From NCBI GenBank assembly GCA_026770705.1, contig JANJGN010003745.1, positions 1 through 40,816 of the forward strand: a stretch of DNA of 40,816 nucleotides, given 5' to 3'. Each line of letters opens with the position of its first letter. Position 1 is the first letter of the stretch. Made by a program: the position numbers and the translations under genes. This document shows, one piece after another, positions 1 to 12,769 of the stretch. A model generated the notes under the pieces. The model was not told the DNA's origin. It made no database searches and saw only the letters and a list, made by a program, of their open reading frames with translations. This stretch comes from Isurus oxyrinchus. Taxonomy: Eukaryota.

Positions 1-119
1 TCTGAGTTTTCAACATATTGCAACTATCATTTTAAAATGTTAACATTTAGAAATAATTTGCATTTATAGAATGATGCTCATGATCCTTAAAACTCGTTGA
101 TGTAGTTTTGTTGAAGTTT

Positions 120-310
120 AGACACTGCTGTGATGTTGGAAATGCATCTGGTGATTTGTACACAGCAAGATCCCACGAATAGAGCTGTGAAAAATGACCA
201 GATAATATGTGATTTTAGTTGAAGAATGAATATTGGTCTGGGATAGTGGGGCGAACAGTCCTGCTCTCAAGAAGGTACCAAGGGATATTTTGCACCTGCC
301 ATCTACCTGA
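120..310 (-). mobile_element. SINE fragment (chondrichthyan Deu-domain/SacSINE1-like 3' part)
   Basis: cagcaagatcccac...atgaccagataat motif. Similar blocks occur at ~10290-10380 and ~27350-27440, and in reverse at ~22990-23060. Family assignment is from memory. Confidence 0.45.
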
Positions 311-454
311 AAATTTGATCTGTTTCTCTCCGAACTGATGCCCACAGGCCTGCTAAGTGTGTTTTTTTTTGTTTTGCTTTACATTTCCAGAATCTGTAGT
401 ATTTTGCAGCGCTTTAATTCATTCTTGGGATATGGGTGCCACTGATGAAGTAAT

Positions 455-3400
455 TCTTGCACTTGGCCCTGTCTCACTTTGTTAGTCCAGATCATTCATC
501 AGTAATCACTGCACCACACCCTGTCTCAGTTTATCTTAACCTAGAGCCTGTATCAGTAATCAATGCACTTGGCCCTGTCTCAGTTTCTATTAATCTAGAC
601 CTTGTATCAGTAATCACTGCACTATGCACTGCCTCAGTTTATATCAATCTAAACCCTATGTCAGTAATAACTGCATTGGATCCTGTCACAGCTTATAAAA
701 ATCTAGATGCTGCATTAGTAATCAGTGCATTAGACCCTTTCTCATTAAACATTAATATAGTCCCTTTGTCAGTAATAACTCACTAGATCCTGTCTCAGTT
801 TATATTAATCTTGGCCCTATATCAGTAATCGCTATACTAGACCCTGTCACAGTCTATATCAATTTAGACCTTATATCAGTAATCACTGCAGTAGAGCCTG
901 TCTCAGTTTATATTAATGAAGATCCTGTATCAGTAATCACTGCACTAGAGCCTGTCCAGATTATACTAACCTAGACTTGTATCAGTAATCACTGTGCAAT
1001 GTACTGCCTCAGTTTATATCAATTTAGACCCTGTATCAGTCATCACTGCACTGGTCATTGTCTGAGTTTATATTGATCAGGACCATGTATCAGTAAACAC
1101 AGCACTGGACCTTGTCTCAATTTCTATTAATCTAGACCCTGTATCAGTAATCACTGTACAATGCCCTGCTGCAGTTTCTATTACTCCAGACCCGGTAATC
1201 GCTGCATTTGGCCCTGTATCAGATTGTATTAATCTATATCCTGTGTCAGTAATCACTACACTAGGCCCTGCCTCAGTTTCTTTTAATCTGTAGCCTGTAT
1301 CAGTAATCACTGAACTAGACCTTGTCTCAGTTAATATCTCAAGACCTTGTATCAGTAATCACTGCACTTGGTCCTCTTTCAGTTTCTATTAATCTAGACT
1401 CTATCAGTAATCACTGCACTATGCTCTACCTCAGTATTTATCAATCTAGACCTTGTATTAGTAATCACTGCACTAGGCCCTATCTCAGTTCATATTAACC
1501 TAGGCACTGGATAAGTAATCAGTGCAGTAGGTCCTGTCTCCGCTAATATTGATCTAGACCCTATATCAGTTATCTCTGAACTCGAGCCTGTCTCAGTTTA
1601 AATTAGTCTAGATCCTGTATCAGTAAATACGGCACTGGAACCTGTCTCAGTTTCCATTAACCAAGGTTATGTGTCAGTAATCACTGGAATAGACAGTGTA
1701 TCAGCTTGCATTGATCGAGACTCTGTATCAATAATCACTGCAATGGACACAGTCACAGTTTATATTGATCTAGATCCTGTGTCAGTAATCACTGCAGAAG
1801 ACCCGCTTTCATTTTATATTAATCAAGACCCTGTGTAATTAATCACTGCTCTAGGCCCTGTCTCAGTTTATATTAATCTAGACTGGTATCAGTAATCACT
1901 GCACTAGGCCCTGTCTCAGTTAATGTTCATGTCGGCCCTGCATCATATTTCTCTGCACTAGACCCAGACTCAGTTTATAGCAGTTCACATCATGCATCAG
2001 TAATCTCTGCAATATACTCTATCTTAGTTCTCAGTTCATATTAATCTAGGCCCTGTATCGGTAATCACTGCGCTAGGACCTGTCTCAGTTTGTATTAGTC
2101 AAGGCCCTGTATCAGTAATCACTGCACTTGGCCCTGTCTCAGTTTACATTAGTTCAGGCCCGTTTATCAGTAATCACTGCCCTGGATATGGTGTCAGATT
2201 ATTTTGATCTAGTCCCTGTATCAGTAATCACTGCCCCAGATCCTGTCTCAGTTTGTATTAATCTCATCCCTGTATCAGTATTCACTGGGCTATGCCCTGC
2301 CCCAGTTTAAATAAATCTAGACCCTTTATCAGTAGTCACTGCATTTGGCTGTGCCTCAGTTTCTATTAATCTAGACTCTGTATCAGTAATCACTGCACCA
2401 TGCCCTGCCTCAAGTTATATCAATTGAGACCCTGTATTGGTAATCATTGTGCTTGGCCCTGCATCAGTTTATATTAATCGAGATCCTGTGTCAGTAATCA
2501 CTGCACAATGGCCTGCCTCAGTTTATTTCAAACTAGACCCTGTATCCTTAGTCACTGCAGGAGACCCTCTTTCATTTTATGTTAGTTAAGAACCTGTATA
2601 ATTAATCACTGCTCTAGGCCCTGTCTCAGATTATCTTAATTTAGACTGTATCAGTAATCACTGCACTAGACCCTGTCTCAGTTAATGTTGTTCTAGACCC
2701 TGTATCAGTTATCTCTGCAATAGAACTTGTCTCAGTTTATATTAGTGAAGGCCCTGTATCAGGAATCACTGCCCTAGGCCCTGTCCCTGTTTATCTTAAC
2801 CTAGAGCCTGTATCAGTAATCACTGCACTAGACTCCATCTCAGTTTATGTTAATCCAGACCCTGTTTCAGAATTTACTGCACAATGCCATCCTGCAGTTT
2901 ATATCAATCTAAACCCTATATCTGTAATCACTGCACTAGGCCCTGACTCAGTTTATATTAACCTAGACCATGTGCCACTAATCACTGTGCTGGACACCTT
3001 CTCAGTTTATATTAATCAAGGAACAGTAACAGTAACCATTGCACTGGACCCTGTCTCAGTTAATGCTGACATCGGCCCTGCATCATATTTCTCTGCACTA
3101 GACCCAGACTCAGTTTATAGTAGTCCACACCATGCATCAGTAAGCTCTGCAATATACTCTATCTCAATTATCAGTTCATATTAACCTAGACCCTTTATCG
3201 GTAATCACTGCACTAGGCCCTGCCTCAGTTTGTATTAGTCAAGAACCTGCATCAGTAATCACTGCACTAGCCCCTGCCCTGGCTTATATTTATCTGGGCC
3301 CTGTATAAGTAATCACTGCACAAGACACTATCTCAATTTATATTGATCTAGCCCCTGTATTAGTAATCACTGCACCATGCTCTGCCTCAGTTTATATCAA

Positions 3401-4455
3401 TCGAGACCCTGTATCGGTAATCGCTGTGCTTGGCCCTGCATCACTTTATATTAATCAAGATCCTGTGTCAGGAATCATTGCACAATGGCCTGCCTCAGTT
3501 TATATAAATTGAGACGCTGTATTGGTAATCGCTGTGCTTGGCCCTGCATCACTTTATATTAATCGAGATACTGTGTCAGTAATCAGTGCACAATGGCCTG
3601 CCTCAGTTTAATTCAAGCTAGACTCTGTATCATTAATCACTGCAGCAGACCCTCTTTCATTTTATATTAATAAAGACGCTGTATCGGTAATCACTGCACT
3701 AGACCCTGTCTAGTGTTAATGTTTTTCTAGACCCTGTATCAGTTGTCTCTGCAATAGAACCTGTCTCAGTTTATATTAGTGAAGGCCCTGTATCAGGAAT
3801 CACTGCCCTAGGCCCTGTCTCTGTTTATCTTAACCTAGAGCCCAAATCAGTAATCACTGCAGTTGCCCCTGTATCATTTTCTATTAATCTAGACCCTGTT
3901 TCAGTAATCACTGCACTAGACCCCGTCTCAGTTTATATTAATCCAGACGCTGTATCAGTAATCACTGCACAATGCCATCTTGCAGTTTATATCATTCTAA
4001 ACCCTATATCTGTAATCACTGCACTAGGCCCTGACTCAGTTTATATTAACCTAGACCCTGTGTCACTAATCACTGCACTGGACACCTTCTCAGTTTATAT
4101 TAATAAAGGCACAGGTATCAGTAACCATTGCAGTGGACCCTGTCTCAGTTAATGTTGACATCGGCCCTGCATCATATTTCTCTGCACTAGACCCAGACTC
4201 AGTTTATAGTAGTCCACACCATGCATCAGTAAGCTCTACAATATACTCTGTCTCAGTTCTCAGTTCATATTAAACTGGACCCTATATCGGTAATCATTGC
4301 ACTAGGCCCTGTCTCAGTTTGTATTAGTCAAGACCCTGTATCAGTAATCACTGCCCTGGACACAGTGTCATTTTATTTTGATCTAGTCTCTGTATCAGTA
4401 ATCACTGCCTCAGATCCTGTCCCAGTCTGTATGAATCTAATCCCTGTATCATTTA
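455..4455. repeat. Satellite array, 54-bp unit made of two related 27-bp subunits, with ~1.1 kb higher-order periodicity
   Basis: Consensus CCCTGTATCAGTAATCACTGCACTAGG + CCCTGTCTCAGTTTATATTAATCTAGA repeated throughout. The variant block cggccctgcatcatatttctctgcactagacccagactcag recurs at 1933, 3073 and 4162. Confidence 0.95.
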
Positions 4456-4833
4456 ACATTGTGCAAGGACATGCCATTGCTTAAATAACAGGCGACCCTG
4501 TTTAAACTTTGATTACACTTCAGAGTTTCTCTTTTTATATAACGTGAATTTCTGGCTCAGTTATTGATGAAGTAAAACAGATACACGTTTACATTAGATT
4601 AGTTCCTTTCTCTGGTATGAATTTATGAGAACATGTCTCTATTAAATTAAACCGGTTCTCTTCAGGAGATTAGTTCATATCTTGTGATTACATCATGACA
4701 TATTTCGACTGTTCATGTGACAGCAGACACCTGTTTTGTTTTCATTTCATTAGATCATCCACTGTCGCTGTTAATATTATAAGAGGGTATGTCATTGTTT
4801 TGCTGTGTTTTGAACCTCCCGCATCCATCTACA

Positions 4834-5005
4834 CTCTGAAATAAAAATGGAAAATACTGGAAAAACTCAATATGCCTGGCAGCATCTGTGGAAAGAGGAA
4901 CAAAGTTAACGTTTCATGTCCTCATGACTCTTCCACAGACACTGTCAGGCCTGCTGAGTTTTCCAACCTTTTCTGTTTTTATTTCTGATTTCCAGCATTT
5001 GCTTT
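4834..5005. mobile_element. Penelope-like element terminal remnant (inverted-repeat arrangement)
   Basis: aaaatactggaaaaactca...ctggcagcatctgtg...gttaacgtttc followed by its inverse cctgctgagttttcca...ttttatttctgatttccagcat. Same family at 310-408 and 14226-14364. Confidence 0.55.
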
Positions 5006-5692
5006 ATTTTGCTCCCACCCAAACTCTCTCACCAACCGATGAGCAGATAGGTGGCCTTCAATGTTCCGAATGAGATTGGGGATCTGACGCTGAGCAATTA
5101 GCTGCAGCATTTCTTATAAGGGTCTTCATCCAGTGTGAAATACCACTGCAGTGTTGTGTAACAATAGAGTTTTGCAGGAGGTCAGTAGGCCACAATGTGT
5201 ATTCCGGGTTTCTGATAGATCCATCAAGTTACTTAGTTTCCCTTGCTCTTTTCCAAATGTCGTCCTGTTCCAGTATTTATTAATGAACATTTGAAAATTT
5301 TAATCCACTGTGCGCCCAGCTCCCTTTCAGGCAACAAATTTCAGATCACGATTCACTGAGAAAGGAAGAATTTCCCATTTGTTCAAATGCTTTCCTTTCT
5401 GCATTCGGTGTAAATTTCGAGGGGTTAGAGCCTTAGCGGTATGACTGAGAAAGGAAGAAAGAAGGAAAGAAAGAAAGAGAAAGGAAGAATCAGCCTTTGT
5501 ATCTCATCTAGGCAGGCAGCAACTGTGATATTTCAAAATCCCTTCAGACAGGGGGACTGTCGCCATTGGAATACGGGCCTTACATCTCTGAAGTCCGAAA
5601 GACAGAGCCTAGGACATTTTTATGCTGGACAGAGCGACACACTGAACTACTCTGATGGAAGTGAATTAACGCAAAGGTGTTTTAACCTGTTT

Positions 5693-6594
5693 TTACCATT
5701 TAAAGCAAACAGTGACCGTGGTGAAGGGACACATCATCACTTTCTTCAGCTGTTCTCGGAACTTGTTCTGGGCCACGGCATAGATGAAGACATTGTTGCA
5801 GGAACTGAACAACTGGAGCATGTTGGTGGTCTCCTGAACGATGTAATCTGGATCATTGAAATTCAGGCTGGTGAGATAGCCCTCGCCTGTAATCCGCACA
5901 TAGAGGAAATGTCCAACAAAGATGGCCCACAGGAGGAGGAAGCTGAGCGAGATGGCAAAAAGCAGGACAATGGACCGCTTGCGATTGATGATTTCCTGGT
6001 CTCCGTGACTCTCGGTGCCCCGGAGCCTCCTGCGGGCTCTGCTGGCCATTAGAATGTGCCTTACGGTCAGGGCATTGAGAAGCAGAATGAGGAGGAATGG
6101 GAGAAAGGGGGTTAAGATGCGGTTCAGCCAATCAAAGGCATGCCAGGCGGTAAGAATATAAAAGGCAGGCTTAATGGCACAGAACCAGGACACTCCGTCC
6201 AGGATGTACAAAGGCTGGTAGCTGAAGTAGAAAGGGGCATTCCTCACGCAGCTCAGGGCGCTGACCAGTCCTATAACCAGCAACGCAGTTTTCTCAGTGC
6301 AATATCTGCTCTTCAGGCTCTGACAGCAGATGGCCACAAAACGGTCAATGGTGAAGGCGACCGTCAGCCAGACTGACACATCCCGGATGGTAAAGACCAG
6401 CACATTGCTGAGTGCGCATGCGGGAGTGGTGGAGAGGACACTGTCCTGAAAGTAGATGCGGCCGATCCGGTTGAGGATGCCGGCGGTGATGATGACCAGG
6501 AAATCGCTCACCGCGATTGCCATCAGGTAGTAGGTGGTGCAGCGGGAGAGCCCGCAGCACCCTCGAGATAGAATTACGATCGCTAGCAAGTTGG
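5693..6594 (-). CDS. GPR139-like class A (rhodopsin) GPCR, coding exon 2
   Basis: Open 7TM frame with YLMAIAVSD (TM2), SVWLTVAFTIDRFVAIC (TM3/DRF), PFLPFLLILLLN (TM5) and SCNNVFIY (TM7). Acceptor tccctcacag|CC at 6595/6594, stop at 5693-5695. The ORF-track start at 6691 is intronic. Family-level call, orthology not established. Confidence 0.9.
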
Positions 6595-8073
6595 CTGTGA
6601 GGGATAAAGGGGTAGAGATGTTACCAAGCGGATTCCAAACATGAGATACTGCCTCATCGAATCTGTTACTTAAACCCTCCTTACCCGTCATTTTGCCACC
6701 TCCAGGCTGCGACTATTGTCAAGTCTTTGGTAATTGTCTGGCATCCAATGCTGGATAAACTATTAGTCAAAACATGAGGCAATCCTCTCATTCTCACTCC
6801 AAACTTCACTCTCTGTACACTGAGGCAATCTTCAGGCCTAACTATCCAATTTAAGATTATCTGAAACATTTGCTACCGCTGCCCTTATTGGCATAAAACG
6901 GCAAAAGTTCCGCCCATCCATCAGCCCAATGCCCCCCTGAATGGCAACGTCTCTGTTTTAATAACCTCGTCCGTCCATTTTTAACTTCTTCTGTTATCTC
7001 GCCTTCTTCAATTCCTGTAACACACTGCAACTGTCTGAGATCCATCATATGCTTCCAATTCTGCAGTTTCGTGCCCCTGGCATTAATCTTTTCATTTGTA
7101 GAGGTTCAGCGTTTAGCTGCCGACGCTCTGATCTCTGAAAACCCCTCCCTCTACGGCTCCAGCTCTTCTTTCCTCTTTAGAACGTTCCTTAGAAGTAAAC
7201 TCTGTGAGTACCCTTTGGTCAAATATCCCCTTGCGCCGTTCAGTATGAAATTAATCAGGTGAAGTTCCTGTGAAGCATCCGTGCCATACATACAGGATCG
7301 GCTGAAGAAACAAATGCAACCCCACTTTCTGAAGTGGAAACTAGTGAAGAGCAATAAATGTTGATCTTGTCACGGACACCCACATCCCGCTGATGATTAA
7401 AAATATAACTATCCAAAATTTATAAGACCTACCAGCACAAAGCAAAGCACATTAAAAATCTTGAGACCTCACTCCCCTTTTTCAAACGATTCCATGATTA
7501 AATCCCAAAGCCAGATTAACAATTAGGACTGCCCAGTGGGAAATCATACTGTAAATTTTACATACTTCTAGAGGTTGCATTGTATATGTGTATTATCACT
7601 GAAAGTATTTTATATTACAATTCATTTAATTGAATAATTGCACTGTAACAATTAATTTTCTGATATATTGATAGGACCAGCGCACGAAAATGCAGGTCAG
7701 TACATGATGATATGCAATGATCTCGCTCAATACTCAAAATGCTAGATTGCATTTGACTGGATTAGAATAAAACACGATGTTCAACAATATAACAGGTTAA
7801 TGTCTATGCAAAGGCAAACATTACAATTCATATCTCAGCATTCTAATAAAAAGCATTTCTCTAAATATGCAGCATAATAAATTGAATAATATTTTGCAAT
7901 GCCCCATAATGCAAGTGCAAGTAGAGCTATAATCCAACATAACACAGTATAATATCATACAGAGCACCGATATAATTCGATTGAACTCCCTTAAATGCAG
8001 ACTCTGAAGAGAAGAGACTAAACATCTAGAGATTTACATCAACACAAACATTTATTCGGGATTCATCACTTAC

Positions 8074-8143
8074 CAGGCACACCAATAACAGCGAGAATGG
8101 GATAGCAAATAGCGAAGAAGAGGCCTTTCGCTGGCCCGTGCAT
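8074..8143 (-). CDS. GPR139-like GPCR, coding exon 1 (MHGPAKGLFFAICYPILAVIGVP)
   Basis: ATG at 8143, 70 nt, donor G|GTAAGT at 8073-8068. A phase-1 join to exon 2 restores the GPR139-type TM1 motif IGVPANLLAIVILSR, giving a 323-aa protein. Confidence 0.88.
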
Positions 8144-8639
8144 CGTCTCTCAGAAACTCAAGGAATTACCGAAGATGTGTATCAAAGCATCCCTCATTTA
8201 TTCTAAATGACAGTCTCCAGAGGGACAATTAAATTACAATCTGCACCTTAGTTACAGGTCAGTGAACAAACAGATTGACTCACTGTTTCTCTCTTCCATT
8301 TGTTCCTCTGGGCTAACTGCTGAAAATTATGTGGTTCCCCCTCCCCACAACCGTGTCTTTGGGTCTTCCTCAAGAGCAGCCGACGATGGCAGACACTGAG
8401 CTTGTTACCCGATCCCGAAGCAAAGACCGTCTCTTCCAATCATTGTCACGTGCCCCATTATTTCGTGCTTTTTGGTGTCAGATTAGTCTGTGTATTTTTA
8501 AAAAACTTTTTTTGATGCTTTAATGTTCCCGAAATATGTTAAGAGATATCCAAGTGAACTGGTTGAAATCATTGTTGGCGCTTAACAACACATCTTCTCC
8601 GACCCTCACACAGCGAGCACAAAAAAGGCTTTCAAAGGT

Positions 8640-9720
8640 ATAAGAACTGATTACATAAGAACATAGTACTGGGAACAGGAGTGGACCATTCGGCCCCACG
8701 AGCCTGCTCCGCCATTCAATAAGATCGTGGCTGATCTTCTTGTGTTTTGATTTCCACATTCCTATCTAACTGTGATTCCCTTGCCTAACAAGAATCTGTC
8801 TACCTCTGCTTAAAACTATTCAATGACCCCGCCTCCACTGCCTTCTGAGGCAGAGTTCCAAGGACGCACAACCCTCTGAGAGAAGAAAATTCTCCTCATC
8901 TCTGTTCTCAAAGGGTGAACACTTATTTTAAAACAGTGCCCCCTAGTTCTGGGCTCACCCACAAGAGGGAACATTCTTTTGACGTCCACCTTGTCAAGGC
9001 CGTTCAGGATTTTGTATACATCAACGAAATCACCCCTCACTCTTGTAAACTCCAGTGGAAACAAACCCAGTCTGTCCAACCTTTCCTCATAAGACAACCC
9101 ACTCATTCCAGACATCAATCTAGTAAATCTCCTTTCAACCACCTGTAATGCATTTACAACCTTCCCTAAAAAAGTAGAACAGAACAGCACACAGTATTCG
9201 AGGTGCCGTCTCAACAATGTCCTGTATAACTGAAGCATATCATTCGTACTTTTATATTCAATCCCTCTCGTAATAAAGCATAGCATTCCATTAGCCTTCT
9301 TACTTATTTCCAGTGTCTGCAAAATCACTTTTTGTGACTCATGAGCTAGAACACGTGGATCCATCTGCACCTCAGAATTATGCAGTCATTATCCATTTAA
9401 GTAATACTTTGCTTTTTTCTTCTCCCTGCCAAAGTGAACACCTTCATATTTTCCCACATTACACTCAATTTATCAGGTCTCTGCCCACTGATTCAACCTA
9501 TCCATATCCACCTGCAACCTCCTCATGCCCTCTTCGCAGCATACTTTCCTACCTATCTCTGTGTCATCTGCAAATTTAGCTAGCATGACTTCACTCACCT
9601 CATCCAAATCCTTGATGTAAATCGTTAAAAAAATGAGGCCCCATACTGACTCCTCTCATTACATTCTGCCAAACCGAAGAAGAGCCATTTATCCACGCTC
9701 TCTGCTGTCCGCCAGCCATC
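8640..9720 (-). mobile_element. CR1-type LINE, 3' part of ORF2 and 3' UTR, decayed
   Basis: ORF 8816-9370: KKANGMLCFITRGIEYKS...LYRTLLRRHLEYC...LSYEERLDRLGLFPLE..RGD is the typical CR1 ORF2 C-terminus. Confidence 0.9.
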
Positions 9721-10249
9721 CAGGTAACTGAAGTTAACCTTTGACTTTAACAAGCATTGGAAGTAAACCGTTGCTTCAGAAAGAGCAAGAGAATAGAATT
9801 TCGACTAATATAGTGGATTATATTTTTAACATTTTACTGAAAATAGCTGCCATCCTGAGTTTCCCATCTGAATTTCCCAAATAACACTGAGTTATCCAAA
9901 ATCTTGATTTGGAGGATGTGTGTAAACAAAACATGGAGGAGAAAGCCAGATGAAAGTTAATGAAGCTCGTTGAAATCAGCGGTAAGCTGCTCTGTGTTCA
10001 CCCTTACATTGATCGCTCAGATATAAAGAGTTGTTTCGGGTCTCTGCTCAAATATTTTTTGCAGATTGTTGCAAATCCTCTCAGCTCCTTTGAAGGCACA
10101 GCGCACCATTGTGCAGGTGTGATATCCAGTCAAGTAACTAACATCATCGAAGTGATTCTAGAAGTTGAGACAGTTCCAGGAATTGCAATATTTAATATGT
10201 TACACATACGAACAATGGCAGTGAGCAAATCCAGCCTTCCCTACACACC

Positions 10250-10600
10250 TTAAAACGTTAATGCAGCAATTCGCAGGGCAGCCGCTGTTGAAATGTAGGA
10301 AATGCGGTAACTAATATATACACAACAAGCTCCCACAAAAAGGCAACATGGTAAGCTCTTTTAGTGATGTCGGTTTAGACATTAGAATGGGTCCAGGAAA
10401 CTTGAGAGAAGTGCTCTATCATTCTACCAAATGGAGGCCTGGAATCTTTTTATCTAAGAGAGTCGCCGGACCCTCGGTTCAACGTCTCCTCTGGCACCCG
10501 AGAATCAGCCTGGATTGTGGACTGAACTCTCTGGAGTGAGAATTGAATTTATAAGCTTATAATTCAGATGCAGGAGTCAGACCGACTGAGCAGCGGATGG
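10250..10600 (-). mobile_element. SINE fragment (Deu-domain/SacSINE1-like)
   Basis: Reverse-complement similarity to the SINE at 22690-23090 (tgtaggaaatg...caagctcccaca; ctcggttcaacgtctc). Confidence 0.5.
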
Positions 10601-10666
10601 CACTAACAGAGTAGGTCATGTTCGTTTGACCTGGGGAGAAAGCATATGGTAGTTCTATATCGCTGA

Positions 10667-10705
10667 GGTTTTTGTACAGCGACAGATGAGTTTGAAACAA
10701 TTGTG
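10667..10705 (-). other. 23-bp-spacer recombination signal sequence (RSS)
   Basis: Minus strand CACAATT + 23 nt + ACAAAAACC (perfect nonamer), directly 3' of a V exon. Confidence 0.85.
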
Positions 10706-11154
10706 ATCCTCAGCACACAGAAAGATGCGGCGGTGTCCTAGATTTCCTCTCCAGTGATCGATAAAGGAAACTTTTTTTTCTGCATTAGTCTGCTTGGCCT
10801 CGAATCTTCTCTTGGCAAAATCCATGTCAATTTTCCTGTTGTTATCCCGATGAAAAATAAAACGGGGAGCCTTTGTGCGCTGTCAGTGCCACTACAGATC
10901 GGGGTCACGGAGGTTTGTTGTGTCTATTACCTACAATCTTTTATCACACCATCTCATTCAGCCACGTAGAGTGTTATCTGAGCTTGTTATACCGAATCTG
11001 CCCGAATCTCCCTTGAAATAAAACAGAACTGAGGGGCAACTATAACTCTAACTGTGTTAGAATGCCTCATGGCACCACAAAGTGTAAACAGATACCAGGC
11101 CTGGCCATACTTGCCGAACACCAATCAGAATATAACGGGACAGCGGTACGACAT
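10706..11154 (-). pseudogene. TCR alpha/delta V pseudogene (leader remnant from 11154, V exon 11011-10706)
   Basis: V exon reads IRADSV*QAQITLYVAE*...DFAKRRFEAKQTN...KFPLSITGEEI*DTAASFCVLR with several stops and frameshifts. Inverted paralogue of the V at 22311, followed by a 23-RSS. Confidence 0.85.
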
Positions 11155-12019
11155 GGGATCTATTATGATGCAACAACAGCCCCTTGGAAGAGCAGTTCTA
11201 TTTGTTGTTGTAATCTGTTAGAGTACCGTGGAAAAACGGGTTTGCATATATGTAGAGCTAGAGCGGAGGAAGCGTCTCGTGCAATTCTGCTGTTATCAAA
11301 ACGTAACAAATCAATTATCTGGGTTTGAACAGGAGAACTGTCTTGTCCTCCTGCCGCATTTGACGGCATCGCTCACAATGTCATTCATAAAGGAGGAGGA
11401 GAGACCCGGGTTGGGTAGAACACTGTGCTGGGCGGGGTTTGTGTTTAAAAATTCGCCGTTCCATCACTGCCTTATCGTCATGCTCAAAAAAGTAATACTC
11501 TTGTGATGCAAGGTAACTCATCATATTCCAAAAGCAGAAAGAGAATTAATGAATCAAAGTGGAAGAGGGAGGAGAGGAGAGAAAATCTGAAATAGAGAAA
11601 GAAGAAAAAGGAAAGAATTCAAATATACAGTAAAAATGAAAGAAAGAACTAACAAAAGCAAGAAAGATAACGCCAGGTATTTGTGATTCTGGATCCACTG
11701 TTCCTCGTATTATTTCGCCTCTATACTCATGATGTGAACATCAGTATCAAGGCTGGTATTTAATGCAGCTTTCTACTTCCCACTGGTGAGCAACCTTCAT
11801 GAACCACATCAGCCCCTCTGCGCAAGTTGTCTGCACAATGCTGTTAGCTAGGATTTACAAAATTAAGACCCAGGGTCGATGAAAGACCGGCGATATAAAT
11901 AAGTTGGAATGATGTTTGACTTGGAGGGGAAAGTGGATGTGATGGTTCTACCATGTTCAGTTGCCCTTCTAAGTGATTGACATCATGGGTTTGGGCGGTA
12001 CTTACTACCGATGCACAGA

Positions 12020-12385
12020 AGCAGCAGTGTGTACCATCTAAAGGTGCACTGCAGGAAATCACCAAGGCTCCATCGACAGCACCTTCCAAACCCACGACCA
12101 CTAAAGCCTATAAGGACAAGGGAAGCAGAGAGATAGGAACATCTCTACTTGGAACTTCTCCGCCAAGTCACTGACCATCCTGACTTGGAAATATATCGCT
12201 GTTACTCCACTATCGCTGGGCCAAAAGCCTGGCACTCCCTAACAGCACTGCGGGTGTACCTACACCTCATAGACTGCAGTGGTTAAAGAAGGAAGCTCAC
12301 CACCACGTTCCAAAGGGCAACTTGTGGTGGGCAATAAATGCTGCCCCTGCCAGCGAAGCCCACATCCCATAAATTAATAAAATAG
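12020..12385 (+). mobile_element. CR1-type LINE 3' end fragment
   Basis: Closely similar to 17285-17620 (gcagtgtgtaccatcta...cactgcagg...caccaaggctcc...atcctgacttgg...gggcaataaatgctg). Confidence 0.7.
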
Positions 12386-12769
12386 AGGCTTTGTGTGCTG
12401 CTGCAGTGCATCCTATGGGCTTCACATGCAACAGCTACAATTGGGAATCCGCATAATGTTCAAACTCTGTTGGGCTGCTGTAGCCACGGGTGATCAGGAT
12501 GTTGTTGGTGGGGAATTGACTATAGGTCATGCCATGCAAGGTCAAATGGAGGTGGCTGTGCGTCTAATCAATGTAAGCTCAGGTGACTGAATTTTCATAG
12601 ATTATTGATAGTTGAGGTCATTCGATTCCTCAAGCAAATGGATATCTTAGCTCAGAACCATATATATGCTCTCTATCACTGTGTATGTAACACGAAGCTC
12701 TTTCTCCATTTATACAATATGAGACACTGTTTCTGTTATTGCTGGACTGATGAAACATCTGTTTATATT

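Noticed and set aside
457-3184. ORFs with 18-aa repeats (PVSVITALDPVSVYINLD)
   Set aside because: Translation of the 54-bp satellite. Frequent stops and frameshifts and no gene structure.
455-4455. CRISPR-like regular repeats
   Set aside because: Vertebrate context, no unique spacers, no cas genes. It is a continuous satellite.
5441-6560. ORFs 5441-6052(+), 5853-6131(-), 6140-6376(+), 6345-6560(-)
   Set aside because: Antisense or alternate-frame shadows of the GC-rich GPCR exon.
6595-6691. N-terminal 32 codons of the 332-aa ORF as the GPCR start
   Set aside because: Intronic. TM1 is completed only by splicing to the exon at 8074-8143.
11421-11427. CACTGTG heptamer upstream of the 11 kb V
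   Set aside because: No nonamer at an appropriate distance.
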